Source of the DNA: a virus
Lineage: Duplodnaviria > Caudoviricetes
Length of the DNA: 64,000 nucleotides
IMG/VR virus record: IMGVR_UViG_3300013382_000001
Location: 34,185 to 98,184 of that record
Direction: 5' to 3' (one strand)
Shown here: piece by piece, positions 39,352-49,255 of the stretch
Numbering within the stretch: the stretch's first letter is position 1
How the letters are laid out: each line of letters starts with the position of its first letter
The notes under the pieces: model-generated
The model's input: the letters and a program-made list of their open reading frames with translations, nothing else
Database searches by the model: none
Told to the model about the DNA's origin: nothing
Translations under genes and position numbers: made by a program

Positions 39352-40378
39352 ACAATTCCTCCCATACTTCTTTACCTTTATCGCTTGGCGAATCTTTCCA
39401 ATCCAGTTCACCAGTATCTTCTACAACAATAACTTCACCATAAGGCTTACACATTTTTACAATTTTATCTATATCCTTTTGCCATCTTGCTTTATCTTCT
39501 TCGCTGCCCCACTTATCTAAGCATACCACATATCGTTCAACCTCAAGTTCGATAAGTTGTCGAAGCTGCATTTTACTTAGATTACATCCAAACATAGCAA
39601 CCGCATTATTTTTCTCAAGTATGTTATCCAGCTGCATCACAGACTTTTCGCCCTCGAATAGCTTCACCTCATGCGTCTCCCGAATCGTATCTTGGTTTTG
39701 ATACAAGCCATATAGCAAGTTGCCAGTTGGTAGCCTGTATTCTCGTTCTAGCGTCCATATTGGTCGATACTTTCCAAGTTCAATGTCTTCTTCTCTCCAA
39801 AACCTGCCCCTTATACCTAACAATTCACCCTCTTTGTCTAAGATTGGGATAGTAGTGCAGTCAAGGAGTGGATAGTAACCAATATGATATTTACGCATTG
39901 TATCGACACTTATACCCTCTTTTATCCATGAGTAGGGGTATTTATCCACAAACCGATTTAAGTCGCTTAGGGGGTAGATTTGTGCATGTTTAGCCATAGT
40001 TTTAGTGTTGGTGAATAGCCGTAGATCATCTCTCCATGACAAGTTTTTCTTTGGATTGAACTCTGTTTTAGAAATGCCAAGTGTGCCTGTGATGTAATTA
40101 ACAATTTCACCAAAATAAAACTCGATATCTCGTAAGTTCCAGACTTCTTCAATAAGAGAGTATATATCGGCGTGCATTCCACAGCTATAACAATGAAACA
40201 TGCTATCATTGATATAATAATACAACTTAGCCTTGTGTTCATCAGCATTTAAGTGGTGACAAATTGATGTAAAAATCAAGTGGTCGTTATGTTCTTCTCG
40301 GAGTTCTGCACCTAAAGCCTCAAGCAGGGTTATAATGTCATCTGTATTTAATTGTTCCTTGATGGCTTTTGTGTTCAT
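39323..40378 (-). CDS. DNA primase
   Basis: CHH...FHCYSCG zinc finger; GIRGR; TOPRIM FEGEKSV...CLD; KDSP.D. Confidence 0.85.
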   Translation of the reverse strand: MNTKAIKEQLNTDDIITLLEALGAELREEHNDHLIFTSICHHLNADEHKAKLYYYINDSMFHCYSCGMHADIYSLIEEVWNLRDIEFYFGEIVNYITGTLGISKTEFNPKKNLSWRDDLRLFTNTKTMAKHAQIYPLSDLNRFVDKYPYSWIKEGISVDTMRKYHIGYYPLLDCTTIPILDKEGELLGIRGRFWREEDIELGKYRPIWTLEREYRLPTGNLLYGLYQNQDTIRETHEVKLFEGEKSVMQLDNILEKNNAVAMFGCNLSKMQLRQLIELEVERYVVCLDKWGSEEDKARWQKDIDKIVKMCKPYGEVIVVEDTGELDWKDSPSDKGKEVWEELYGRAKTHSK

Positions 40379-40390
40379 TGGTTCTCCTTA

Positions 40391-40528
40391 TTAAAATAAC
40401 AAAATTACACTATCTCCATCGTAATTTTCCGTTCATTCAACGACACAGTCATTTGCACGATAATCAAACCAAATTGATAAATCACCGTCAAATTTTGAGA
40501 GTTCTTTAATTGGCTCTTTAACTGTCAT
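40391..40528 (-). pseudogene. Small phage ORF remnant with in-frame TGA
   Basis: GGAGG RBS, MTVKEPIKELSKFDGDL...VVE*TENYDGDSVILLF*. Confidence 0.35.
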
Positions 40529-40534
40529 AATTAA

Positions 40535-41365
40535 CTACCTCCCATTTATTTCTTTAGTTTTATTACCGAAATTTAACATTTCATCTTTTGCTCTTTGATA
40601 AAAGTTGCGATCAATTTCAAATCCGTATGCATTCCGGTTGAGTTCGATTGCCGCCCGAAGTGTTGAACCGCTTCCACAGCACGGATCAATTACAACATCG
40701 CCCTCATCAGTAAATGTTTCAATCAGCTTTTTTAATAGCTTTACCGGCTTTTGTGCCGGATGTATTTTCGGTATATCCTTGCCGTCTTTCTCCCAAGTGA
40801 ACCAGTTGAATACCATATGCCCCGTTCCGCGAATGTTTTTCCCGTTTTCGTCAATTTGTAAGCCGTTTCTGAACTTCGGCAACTTGTCGCGGTACAAAAG
40901 CAATGCATATTCTGTTGCACCGACTACGCGCATATTTGCCTTTAACACTTGCGGGCTGTAATTCTTGATAAACACAAGGGGGATGTAGTTATTAAATCCA
41001 TGCTTTCTTGCCGCGTCTATCAGGATTGATTGCTGTTCAAAGGAACAAAATACAATCATGCATGGGCTGTTGCTACTTCGCCCTCTTCCCTGTTTTGATG
41101 TGTCCTCTTTTTTCATCATTTTGTGGCAAAAATGAAAATATTCGTAAAGGTTAAAATTGAAATCGGAATTGAATGCTGCTTTCTTTGCAAATTTGCTTTC
41201 GCCGTTTTTGTTGTCGCCGCCGTTGTACCACATCGGATTACTGCCGTAAAAGTTATTGCCGACATTGTACGGCACATCCGCAATAATTAACTGTGCGGGC
41301 GGTATTGCATATTTCTTATAATTCTGCATAGAATCTCTAATTATCTCACATTTTGCTTTATTCAT
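40535..41365 (-). CDS. N6-adenine/N4-cytosine DNA methyltransferase (beta class)
   Basis: Motif IV ADVPY precedes HPAQKP and motif I DPCCGSGST; GFEID; probable start MNKAK. Confidence 0.88.
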   Translation of the reverse strand: MNKAKCEIIRDSMQNYKKYAIPPAQLIIADVPYNVGNNFYGSNPMWYNGGDNKNGESKFAKKAAFNSDFNFNLYEYFHFCHKMMKKEDTSKQGRGRSSNSPCMIVFCSFEQQSILIDAARKHGFNNYIPLVFIKNYSPQVLKANMRVVGATEYALLLYRDKLPKFRNGLQIDENGKNIRGTGHMVFNWFTWEKDGKDIPKIHPAQKPVKLLKKLIETFTDEGDVVIDPCCGSGSTLRAAIELNRNAYGFEIDRNFYQRAKDEMLNFGNKTKEINGR

Positions 41366-41370
41366 TTTTA

Positions 41371-42069
41371 CTATCCTTTCCACTTAAATAATTTCTCAAC
41401 AATTTTAAAATTATTATTTTTGTTCACATCTAATTTTCTTTGTATCTCTTGTTCCCATATAACTTCAAAGTCATCAGGTGCAACTTGTTCGCTTATCAGC
41501 ACAATATGATCTTTTGATAATTCGCGCATATATTCCCAAAATTCTTTGCTGTCGAATTTACCAAGCGAATAGCCTGTTGTATTTGCATAGGGTGGATCTG
41601 CATAGATTACTGCACCTTTCGGTATCTCTACATCTTTATAATCCAAACAAGTAAATTTTGCATTTTTAACCCCTTCAAAATCTTTAAGCAGGCTCCTGTT
41701 TGCTCTTGCACAGTAGTTATTACCCTTTTTATTTCTTGCTAATCCACCAAACCACTTGCCTCCAAAACTACATCCGAATCCCACAAATCCGGTCAATGCA
41801 GGATTCTCGTCCTTGTGTTCGCGAATGTGCTTATATTCATCTTCTGTAATAACATCTGGTGGAGTCCAGCCATCTTGCAAACCTTGCCACATTGCAATTA
41901 AATATGGATGTTTATCATTGCAAATTTTGTTAGGAATATTTACTTTTGATTCAATAGAACAAGAGCCACAAAATAAACTAACTAATGTGTCACAGTTACT
42001 CTCTCTCTCTCTCTCGATGACCGCAACTATTTGTTTCGCTATTCTGCTCTTTCCACCTAAGTACCTCAT
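41371..42069 (-). CDS. Dam/D12-class adenine methyltransferase B, with (GA)n tract
   Basis: RYLGGKS, SLFCGSCS, ND, YADPPY, ISE; ERERES encoded by the GA repeat. Confidence 0.88.
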   Translation of the reverse strand: MRYLGGKSRIAKQIVAVIERERESNCDTLVSLFCGSCSIESKVNIPNKICNDKHPYLIAMWQGLQDGWTPPDVITEDEYKHIREHKDENPALTGFVGFGCSFGGKWFGGLARNKKGNNYCARANRSLLKDFEGVKNAKFTCLDYKDVEIPKGAVIYADPPYANTTGYSLGKFDSKEFWEYMRELSKDHIVLISEQVAPDDFEVIWEQEIQRKLDVNKNNNFKIVEKLFKWKG

Positions 42070-42127
42070 TTTCAATTACCTCCGCTATGCTTTTTGAAAT
42101 TCTTGATTTTCCACCTTGATATTGCAT
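41996..42127 (-). CDS. Alternative out-of-frame N-terminus for methyltransferase B (43 aa, MQYQGGKSRISKSIAEVI...RERERE*)
   Basis: GGAGGA RBS; homologous to MRYLGGKSRIAKQIVAVI; stop codon immediately after the GA tract. Confidence 0.75.
   Translation of the reverse strand: MQYQGGKSRISKSIAEVIENEVLRWKEQNSETNSCGHRERERE
41999..42015 (-). repeat. (GA)8G dinucleotide tract
   Basis: (CT)8C on + strand. Confidence 0.92.
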
Positions 42128-42839
42128 TGTTCCTCCACTTAAACAATTTTTCAACTCTGTCTGTTCGACTATTTTTATCTAACGTACATTTTAGTGTCTT
42201 GCTCCATATACATTCAAAATCGTCTGGCATCCAATACTCACTTACAAGAACGATATTATCCTTACTCATTTCTCTAGCCCAATCATAAAATCGTTCATAC
42301 GGAAAATCTTCAGTTGCGTATTTTGTTGATGAACGATATGGTATATCACAATAAATAACAAAATTTAAAACCTTTGCACTTTGCTCAAATGAACAACAAT
42401 CAAATTTTATGTCTGTTAAGTTTGGTGCTTGCTTGATAAGGTTACGAATTGCTTCGTTGCATAGATCTCTAGGTGTTACCCCATCTGCCTTATATCCTCT
42501 TGGATATCCACCCCACCATTTGCCACCGAACGAACAAAAACCAACTAATCCTACATACCAATCTGGGTAACTTTGCGGATTTGCTCGAACCGCTTTGTAC
42601 TCTTTCTCACTAATAGTAGCAGGGAATATAGATGTGTCATTTTGTGCTTGTTTGAGCAAAGCAATAAGGTATGGATGGATATCACTACCAAATTTATGAG
42701 AACATTGGATTTTGTCAATCATGTTAGCACCGCCGCACATCGGTTCCCAATAGTGAGTTATACCATTATCGTCTATGAACTTTTGTATAATCAGAGCAAG
42801 GTCTTTAGATAAACGGTTCTTGCTTCCTACATACCTCAT
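42072..42839 (-). CDS. Dam/D12-class adenine methyltransferase A
   Basis: RYVGSKN, EPMCGGA, YCDIPY, VSEY, EKLF; paralogue of methyltransferase B. Confidence 0.85.
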   Translation of the reverse strand: MRYVGSKNRLSKDLALIIQKFIDDNGITHYWEPMCGGANMIDKIQCSHKFGSDIHPYLIALLKQAQNDTSIFPATISEKEYKAVRANPQSYPDWYVGLVGFCSFGGKWWGGYPRGYKADGVTPRDLCNEAIRNLIKQAPNLTDIKFDCCSFEQSAKVLNFVIYCDIPYRSSTKYATEDFPYERFYDWAREMSKDNIVLVSEYWMPDDFECIWSKTLKCTLDKNSRTDRVEKLFKWRNNAISRWKIKNFKKHSGGN

Positions 42840-43014
42840 TACACATCCCCCATTTCTTGTATTTCTCTTATAACACTATTATAACAACATTATTCCCATT
42901 CTCCACATTCATCCGTGTTTGCTTGGCAATATTGACAAACTCTAACTTCTTTATCGGTATCTCTTTTTAAATCTTCATCTGGAATATCAATCCAACCGTT
43001 TAAAAACTTCATTT

Positions 43015-43425
43015 TTACTCCTCCGTTACAATATTGTCTAAGTGGAATGACAATAAGTCTAATAACTCTTTTGTGGACATCACGTCGATATTTTTTCCGT
43101 ATCGCCTGCATAATTTTTCTTGTTGTTGTGGAGTAAATATGTATGGTAAAGGAACGAGTTCTGCATTCGGTTCAGCATACAGTTCAATTTCATCCCCTTT
43201 GATTATATAACCACGATAGTTTGTTTTTTCAACTTTGATTAATCTTTCAGGGATATATGATTCATCATTTTCTTCTAATAATCCAACAACCGTATATACA
43301 TAACCTATATCGTCTTGGTCTGTGCGACCATATTCTCTACTATATCGGTCTGAAACTATTCTTATCTTATCACCCTTTTTATACTCGCGTCCGTTGTAAG
43401 TAAATTGTTCTTTCATTATTTTCAC
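43015..43425 (-). CDS. Hypothetical protein (SH3/KOW-like N-terminus)
   Basis: YKKGDKIRI pattern; promoter TTGACA-17-TAAGAT upstream (43446-43474). Confidence 0.5.
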   Translation of the reverse strand: MKIMKEQFTYNGREYKKGDKIRIVSDRYSREYGRTDQDDIGYVYTVVGLLEENDESYIPERLIKVEKTNYRGYIIKGDEIELYAEPNAELVPLPYIFTPQQQEKLCRRYGKNIDVMSTKELLDLLSFHLDNIVTEE

Positions 43426-43453
43426 CTTCTCGTGTTGTTATCACTATCTTACA

Positions 43454-44662
43454 CTATGTTGATAGGTTTGTCAAGAAATATTTATTACATAATTCTTGAT
43501 GCGTCTCGCAAAATTTTTCTAATGCAATCCATGTAGCGTTTTTCTTTCCACCATCTTGTAAATACCTTTCTATATCTCGTTTATATTTAGAATAGTCATT
43601 TCCCATGGCTCTGCATTTAACAAATGTAATAAAATCAAAAGTATTAAATAAAGACGGTTGGTTAGTCCATGCAGCAAGTTGAATATAAAGCCATTTATAT
43701 GGTGAATTGATATAATTCTCGTGCCTCATGACATACGAAAAACACTTTTTATCTTTTAGAATATAGATTCTTTCTAATACTTCCTCTATATCACGTTCCC
43801 AAAAATTGCTATCATATTTACCATCTCTATCAAACCCACAAAATACATAGAACTTCTTGTTGTGTCGTTTTCCTATAGATTCATTAAGAATGCCTAATTT
43901 TTTAACAATTTCATCTTTGTCTTTTATATTATCAAATGCAAAAATAAAGTCTCCGTCATATTTCCAACTAGCCATTTCTTGAGCTTTTTCTTGTGTAATC
44001 AAACGTTCATCTAATCCTTGCTTGAATTGAAATGGCTTATTACTAGTTTTAACATAATCTATAATATTATTCCAATTATTACAAGCAAAGAAGTTGTCAT
44101 CTAAAAAGCACAATTTCTTTCTGTTGGGATCTAAAAATTCTGACAAAGGAGAATGTTCAATACAACGATCATATTTACGATTCACACAAAACTCACATTT
44201 TCTAAAACATCCTCTTGTCAAAAATCCAATCGAGTAATTCTTATAATATTTAAACTCACTTGCCTTAACCCCTTGCTGAATACATTGCTCAATCCATTCA
44301 TTGTACAAATCATAATCCGGCATAATATGTTCAATTTCATATGGGAGATTTGGAGCATCTGCATAATAAAATCCAGTACCACCATATTCAACATTAGGCA
44401 AATTAAGAATTGGATGATCTTTATAAAACTCCATGCAATTTTGTTCTGTTTTATTTCCATTTTGCTCCTTGGGAAGTGTTGTTTTTATAAACACTTTTGA
44501 TATGTACACTTTATCATATTTATCAAGATTGTCATAAGACAGCAATAATGTGACCTTATCTCCTTTTGTTTTGTGGTAAGAAGATATTTTCATAGAGCAC
44601 AAATTTGGAAATCTATGTTTTGATTTTCCGACGATCTCCGCATCAATAATACCTATATTCAC
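43454..44662 (-). CDS. Radical SAM superfamily protein
   Basis: TRGCFRKCEFC CxxxCxxC, LDDNF, QGLD.RL; N-terminal FPNL..MKIS.YHK. Confidence 0.82.
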   Translation of the reverse strand: MNIGIIDAEIVGKSKHRFPNLCSMKISSYHKTKGDKVTLLLSYDNLDKYDKVYISKVFIKTTLPKEQNGNKTEQNCMEFYKDHPILNLPNVEYGGTGFYYADAPNLPYEIEHIMPDYDLYNEWIEQCIQQGVKASEFKYYKNYSIGFLTRGCFRKCEFCVNRKYDRCIEHSPLSEFLDPNRKKLCFLDDNFFACNNWNNIIDYVKTSNKPFQFKQGLDERLITQEKAQEMASWKYDGDFIFAFDNIKDKDEIVKKLGILNESIGKRHNKKFYVFCGFDRDGKYDSNFWERDIEEVLERIYILKDKKCFSYVMRHENYINSPYKWLYIQLAAWTNQPSLFNTFDFITFVKCRAMGNDYSKYKRDIERYLQDGGKKNATWIALEKFCETHQELCNKYFLTNLST

Positions 44663-46197
44663 ACTAACTCAACTCCCTCTAAAACTGTTCTATCAACTTG
44701 TATCGGCTCATTATCAGCATCCGTACAAAAATAATCTGTCAACCTACCTGTATTCCTATCTAAATGCTGCCATATCTTAATTGTAGCTCCATACATATTG
44801 TACCTGCCCTTATACACGCTTGTAACCATGTTAATGTTTATCTTGCCACCAAAGGGTGAATTGTCAATAAGTGGTGCGATAAGCTCAAGTTCTGACTTCT
44901 TTGGGAATAAACTCACAACACCTGTGTCTAGCTTATTTTTCATTTGTGTGCTACCAAAGACACAACTTTCATCAGCAGCTCCATTGCCAATCAGTTTTTC
45001 CTTGCCGTTGGTCTGCGTCATTGACATTAAACCAATATTGTATTCTTCAGCCATTTCTTTTAAGTCGGTTGCAATAGCCAAGAACATCATATCTTGTCTT
45101 CCGCTATTTCCAACCTTTTGCCTATATTCTTGCATGCAATTAGTATTATCAAAGATATAATCGAATATCCCATAAGTGCAACCATATTGTAGCACCATGT
45201 TTTTAATCGTATCTCTTATCGACCGCATTGTAAATTGTGGTAAGTTTATTAACCTTATACCACTATCTTTAAGTATTTCGCCTGCTTCTTCAACTTTTTG
45301 CTCTTCGTATTCTGTAAGTTGTCCACGCATAATACGATAACACTCAACATTTGAGATGTACGATAAAAACCTTGGCATTACCTCTTCCCATTGTTTCTGC
45401 TCTGTGTGTATATAGAATCCACGTCCTTGATATTGCGGATTATCAACATACTTATTTTTCTTGACATCCCATATCTTCTTACAACACACCAAACACAAAT
45501 CTCCAATCGCTTGAGCGGTTTTGCCTGTGCCACTTGGCATAGTACGCAAGATTAAATGTCCTCTCTGCCACCCTGCGGAAATTGTGGATAGATAAGGTGA
45601 ATTAAGCACGCAACCTGTAGCAGGAGCTTGTTTAAATAATTCAAGTAGTTCATGCGTATTTTCACCGACCCAACTTTCTTCAACCGGCGCTTGTTTACTA
45701 TACTCTGCTTTCATATGTACTTGAATTATGTCAAAGTGATTTAGTATTTCATCAATTGTCATTGAGTTGAGTTTCTGTTTTTGTTCAGCTTCATCTTGCC
45801 CCTCATCATAGATGTTATCCACATTAAACCCTTGAGTCTTATAATCTCGTACAAGAGAGTATTTTTTTACTTGGTCATAGTAATAATCAAAACTCTGTTT
45901 TCCATCGCTTACTGCTTCTTTAATGGCTTGAATAAATTCTCCGTAACTATTTTCTTTTAGAGTTTTAAGCATTGGTTTATATTTATCACTACTAAGCAAA
46001 AAAGCCGTGATAGTGTTTTCGTCAATTTCCTCACAACCACTTTCAGCAATAATTTCAATAGCCGAAAATAAGTAATAATGCCATAGAATTGGTTTAAAGT
46101 CAGCAGGTGATAATTTATATCGTGTATTGTAAAGAATTGATACATTATTCATTATCATACCAAGAGCCATTTGTGCAGCTATACGATTATAAATCAT
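44659..46197 (-). CDS. Replicative DNA helicase (DnaB-like)
   Basis: MPSGTGKT Walker A, HTEQ, FDYI, LK.MA..Y, TQTN, K.R. Confidence 0.82.
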   Translation of the reverse strand: MIYNRIAAQMALGMIMNNVSILYNTRYKLSPADFKPILWHYYLFSAIEIIAESGCEEIDENTITAFLLSSDKYKPMLKTLKENSYGEFIQAIKEAVSDGKQSFDYYYDQVKKYSLVRDYKTQGFNVDNIYDEGQDEAEQKQKLNSMTIDEILNHFDIIQVHMKAEYSKQAPVEESWVGENTHELLELFKQAPATGCVLNSPYLSTISAGWQRGHLILRTMPSGTGKTAQAIGDLCLVCCKKIWDVKKNKYVDNPQYQGRGFYIHTEQKQWEEVMPRFLSYISNVECYRIMRGQLTEYEEQKVEEAGEILKDSGIRLINLPQFTMRSIRDTIKNMVLQYGCTYGIFDYIFDNTNCMQEYRQKVGNSGRQDMMFLAIATDLKEMAEEYNIGLMSMTQTNGKEKLIGNGAADESCVFGSTQMKNKLDTGVVSLFPKKSELELIAPLIDNSPFGGKININMVTSVYKGRYNMYGATIKIWQHLDRNTGRLTDYFCTDADNEPIQVDRTVLEGVELV

Positions 46198-46343
46198 CTT
46201 CCCACCTTATCAATCGACCAATTAACACTTGGTATTTTACTAAGCTAATACACAAATATGTTGTTGCCCACTCATGAGCAATAGATACACTTATATCCCA
46301 ACAACTATCTGGAAGCCTATCTATCCTTGCTCCAAAATATGGT

Positions 46344-46883
46344 TTATACATTTTTACCACCTCTCCTCATCATATATTTTAGCACCTCTACACTACTTTT
46401 GCAAGCACTTTTTTGCACCACGTTGTCTTGCTTCATATTGTAAGATGCTTTTATAATTCGTTGCTTATCTTGCCAAAACCTTTCAGCATCATCATACACA
46501 TACTCCACAATGCCAATCCCTGTATCCCCATCGAATGAATTCCCAAGTGTGTCAACCCAATAACGCAACGAAAGTTCCATGCCTTTGTAGGTCAATGGCT
46601 TTTGTTTCCGTGTTGCAAAGTCTTTGATTTGCTTAAAGACAAATGCGGGAATGTTCTTGTCATATAACAAGTAAACATAATCAATTAGCTCCAACCTCGC
46701 ACGTTCTTTTGGGTCTGGTTGCATAGAAACTTGTGAGTTAATGGACTTTTGAGCGACTTTTTTACCATACTCGATAAAGTGTTCACTATTGCAAAAATAA
46801 AAGCCCCTACGATCTTTATCTTGGTACGAAGAGTCTCTATCAATCATTGCCCCACATAGTCTACACTTCACTTGCGATTTCAT
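46344..46883 (-). CDS. Zinc-finger protein (possible helicase-associated)
   Basis: MKSQVKCRLCG...YFC; GIGIVEYVYD; next to helicase gene. Confidence 0.55.
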   Translation of the reverse strand: MKSQVKCRLCGAMIDRDSSYQDKDRRGFYFCNSEHFIEYGKKVAQKSINSQVSMQPDPKERARLELIDYVYLLYDKNIPAFVFKQIKDFATRKQKPLTYKGMELSLRYWVDTLGNSFDGDTGIGIVEYVYDDAERFWQDKQRIIKASYNMKQDNVVQKSACKSSVEVLKYMMRRGGKNV

Positions 46884-47724
46884 ATGGAATCTCTCTTTCG
46901 TACAAGTATTGGTAGGAATAGTTAAATGGATAAAGCCAATAAACCTTAAAGGACTCTGCGATCTTTGCATATTTAAGACAAAGTTCCTTGAACTCTTTGC
47001 TAAGCTCCCCATTAAAATCTTCGTCTGTAAACCAATCGTAAAACCCATGTGGTCGTTCACAATCGTCATCCACAACATAAATGATCTCATAATCATTATA
47101 TGCACCATAGTCAAAAATGCGAGCTTTGCCATGAATAGGTTTATCATCGACTTGGGCATATTCGTTAATATATGGAATGATGTGTTGCTTGACCCAATGA
47201 AGGCTTAACTTGTCGAAAAATTTCTTAATTACCTTGTCTTTGAATCTTCTGAACTTGTACTTTAACCATTGAAAAAAAATCTCACATCCAGGTACATAAA
47301 TGCAATTATTCATGTATCCATAATAATCTTCTGCCCATGCTCGAATAGGATGTTTATGAATAAATTCGATTGAATTTAAAACATAAGTTATATCACAGAT
47401 ATAAAATCCATCATGGTCAAATCCATCTTCGTCATATACGTGCAACTCTTTTTTAATGTAACTCCAAGATGGCTTGAACTTATTAATCTTTTGTTCGTGT
47501 TGGCAAAAATAATTCACATCCACTCTATTTTTTTCGCCTCCCATATAGCTCCATAACCCAAACCGCCAACCCGGACACTCTTTGATATGAAAATCATTCC
47601 ACGTATCATCAAGTTCACCATCAAATTCAATCGTGTATTTTTCGCCAATCTTATCCAAAATACTCTGGGTCGCTGTCACACTCGTTAGTTTTGGTAACGG
47701 TTTCGACATACTCATCATCTCCAA
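46861..47724 (-). CDS. Hypothetical protein
   Basis: Long ORF in operon context; start uncertain. Confidence 0.5.
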   Translation of the reverse strand: MEMMSMSKPLPKLTSVTATQSILDKIGEKYTIEFDGELDDTWNDFHIKECPGWRFGLWSYMGGEKNRVDVNYFCQHEQKINKFKPSWSYIKKELHVYDEDGFDHDGFYICDITYVLNSIEFIHKHPIRAWAEDYYGYMNNCIYVPGCEIFFQWLKYKFRRFKDKVIKKFFDKLSLHWVKQHIIPYINEYAQVDDKPIHGKARIFDYGAYNDYEIIYVVDDDCERPHGFYDWFTDEDFNGELSKEFKELCLKYAKIAESFKVYWLYPFNYSYQYLYEREIPYEIASEV

Positions 47725-47983
47725 TCCACTCTAATGTATAACCACTTAAATCTACATCTGCGTGGTTGTACTCTAAAATCATTATACTATCCATTTCTTG
47801 GCGAACAATTACAACATATCCATTCTTAACAAGTGTATCAATCATGTCAATAATCGCCATTTTATACCCAGCGTAACTGTTATAGTTCTTCTCGCAAATA
47901 ACCATTGTTTCACATCTCTTGTTCATATTTGTTCCTTTTGTACCATACACAATTAGAATTTTCAACAATCGCAGCATCGTCAT
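47651..47983 (-). CDS. Hypothetical protein
   Basis: ORF; probable start MNKRC. Confidence 0.45.
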   Translation of the reverse strand: MTMLRLLKILIVYGTKGTNMNKRCETMVICEKNYNSYAGYKMAIIDMIDTLVKNGYVVIVRQEMDSIMILEYNHADVDLSGYTLEWIGDDEYVETVTKTNECDSDPEYFG

Positions 47984-48353
47984 TAAAGTAGAATTTTTCT
48001 ATATTTCTTGCCCCGACCCAATAGGCAAATTGATCGTCATGATAATCGTCATCCTTAGCTTCTTTTGGTATGACGATGATACAAGGCACAACACCATTTT
48101 TCATATCTTCTTTAGCATAGTCGCTATTATCACGCCAATCATCCTGTGGCTCAAGCACAACGGAATCGAATGGAAAACATACATCAATGTACTCCTTGAT
48201 ATATCTATCATACACTTCTCCTGCGTTGTGTTCATATGGAGCATCATTCCAATCATCACCCCAATAATCATTACAAAGGTCATCGCCAAAGTAAAAGCGA
48301 ACAAGATTACCTTTCTTTTCAAAATCAATAATTTTCATTTTTTCACCTACCAT
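47910..48353 (-). CDS. Conserved phage hypothetical protein
   Basis: YWGDDWNDAPYEHNAG motif. Confidence 0.6.
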   Translation of the reverse strand: MVGEKMKIIDFEKKGNLVRFYFGDDLCNDYWGDDWNDAPYEHNAGEVYDRYIKEYIDVCFPFDSVVLEPQDDWRDNSDYAKEDMKNGVVPCIIVIPKEAKDDDYHDDQFAYWVGARNIEKFYFNDDAAIVENSNCVWYKRNKYEQEM

Positions 48354-48850
48354 TCATATATTAAATATTCTCCGATGCGATCTATGCCAATTTCTTTACA
48401 GGCTTGTAATGCGACATTTCTTGAAGAAAACCAAACTTGTTTAATTTTGTAGCTTATATTAGAATGGACTGCTTGTGTTTTTATACAATCACCCCATCTA
48501 TCAGATTCATCAGCAAAGTATAAACAATATTTTACATCATCTTCAAACTCCTCATTATGTTGATCTGCATACTTCTTTAACAACATCTCCGTCTCGAGCA
48601 CACGAGCATAAGTTTCAGCTTCTTCCATAGTTTGAAAATAATTGTGAGAATAATACTTAAAGTTATTAGCCACTGGACATATGCCTTCCACTTCAAAACT
48701 AGGTGTACCTTCGCTTTTGACAAACCAATAATAATCTCCTATATCAGCCCTCCATCTCTTTCTCTTTTTGACTTTAATCCCAAGCTGCTTCAACTGTTCT
48801 TCTGTCAATTCGGCTTTCTGACCATTGATTACAATATAGTTCTCACTCAT
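48347..48850 (-). CDS. Hypothetical protein
   Basis: INGQKAELTEEQLKQLG, NYF.T.EEAE patterns; RBS. Confidence 0.6.
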   Translation of the reverse strand: MSENYIVINGQKAELTEEQLKQLGIKVKKRKRWRADIGDYYWFVKSEGTPSFEVEGICPVANNFKYYSHNYFQTMEEAETYARVLETEMLLKKYADQHNEEFEDDVKYCLYFADESDRWGDCIKTQAVHSNISYKIKQVWFSSRNVALQACKEIGIDRIGEYLIYEW

Positions 48851-48861
48851 TTTTACTCCTC

Positions 48862-49254
48862 CTAATCTATCGTAGCTACATCAACTGGAATCCACATCTT
48901 AGGATTGAAGTTCAATGTGTACTTATACTTCTCAACTTTCCCGGACGAAACGTCCTCAACTACATAGGTTACATTGTCGCTCAACCCAATGAAATGCTTA
49001 CTATATTCTCCGTTCTCATCTTCGACGATGACCTCTAATTGATTATCAGTTGTGTCGGCAGTGATCGACATCTTGCCTGTCATCTGAAATAAAACATCGC
49101 CTTGAATACAATTAATAACTGTAATCTGACGTACGTCATTAAATGCATCTGCTTCTTTTGATAAATTATACGAAACTCTATCAGATTCACGACATCCTGT
49201 AAACCCTAAAGTCATGGTCATTATCAATATTAATAAAATCATTTTTTTCTTCAT
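48862..49254 (-). CDS. Phage lipoprotein
   Basis: Signal peptide with lipobox LGFTGC; VSYNLSKEAD.F...R.ITVIN. Confidence 0.75.
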   Translation of the reverse strand: MKKKMILLILIMTMTLGFTGCRESDRVSYNLSKEADAFNDVRQITVINCIQGDVLFQMTGKMSITADTTDNQLEVIVEDENGEYSKHFIGLSDNVTYVVEDVSSGKVEKYKYTLNFNPKMWIPVDVATID

Positions 49255-49255
49255 T

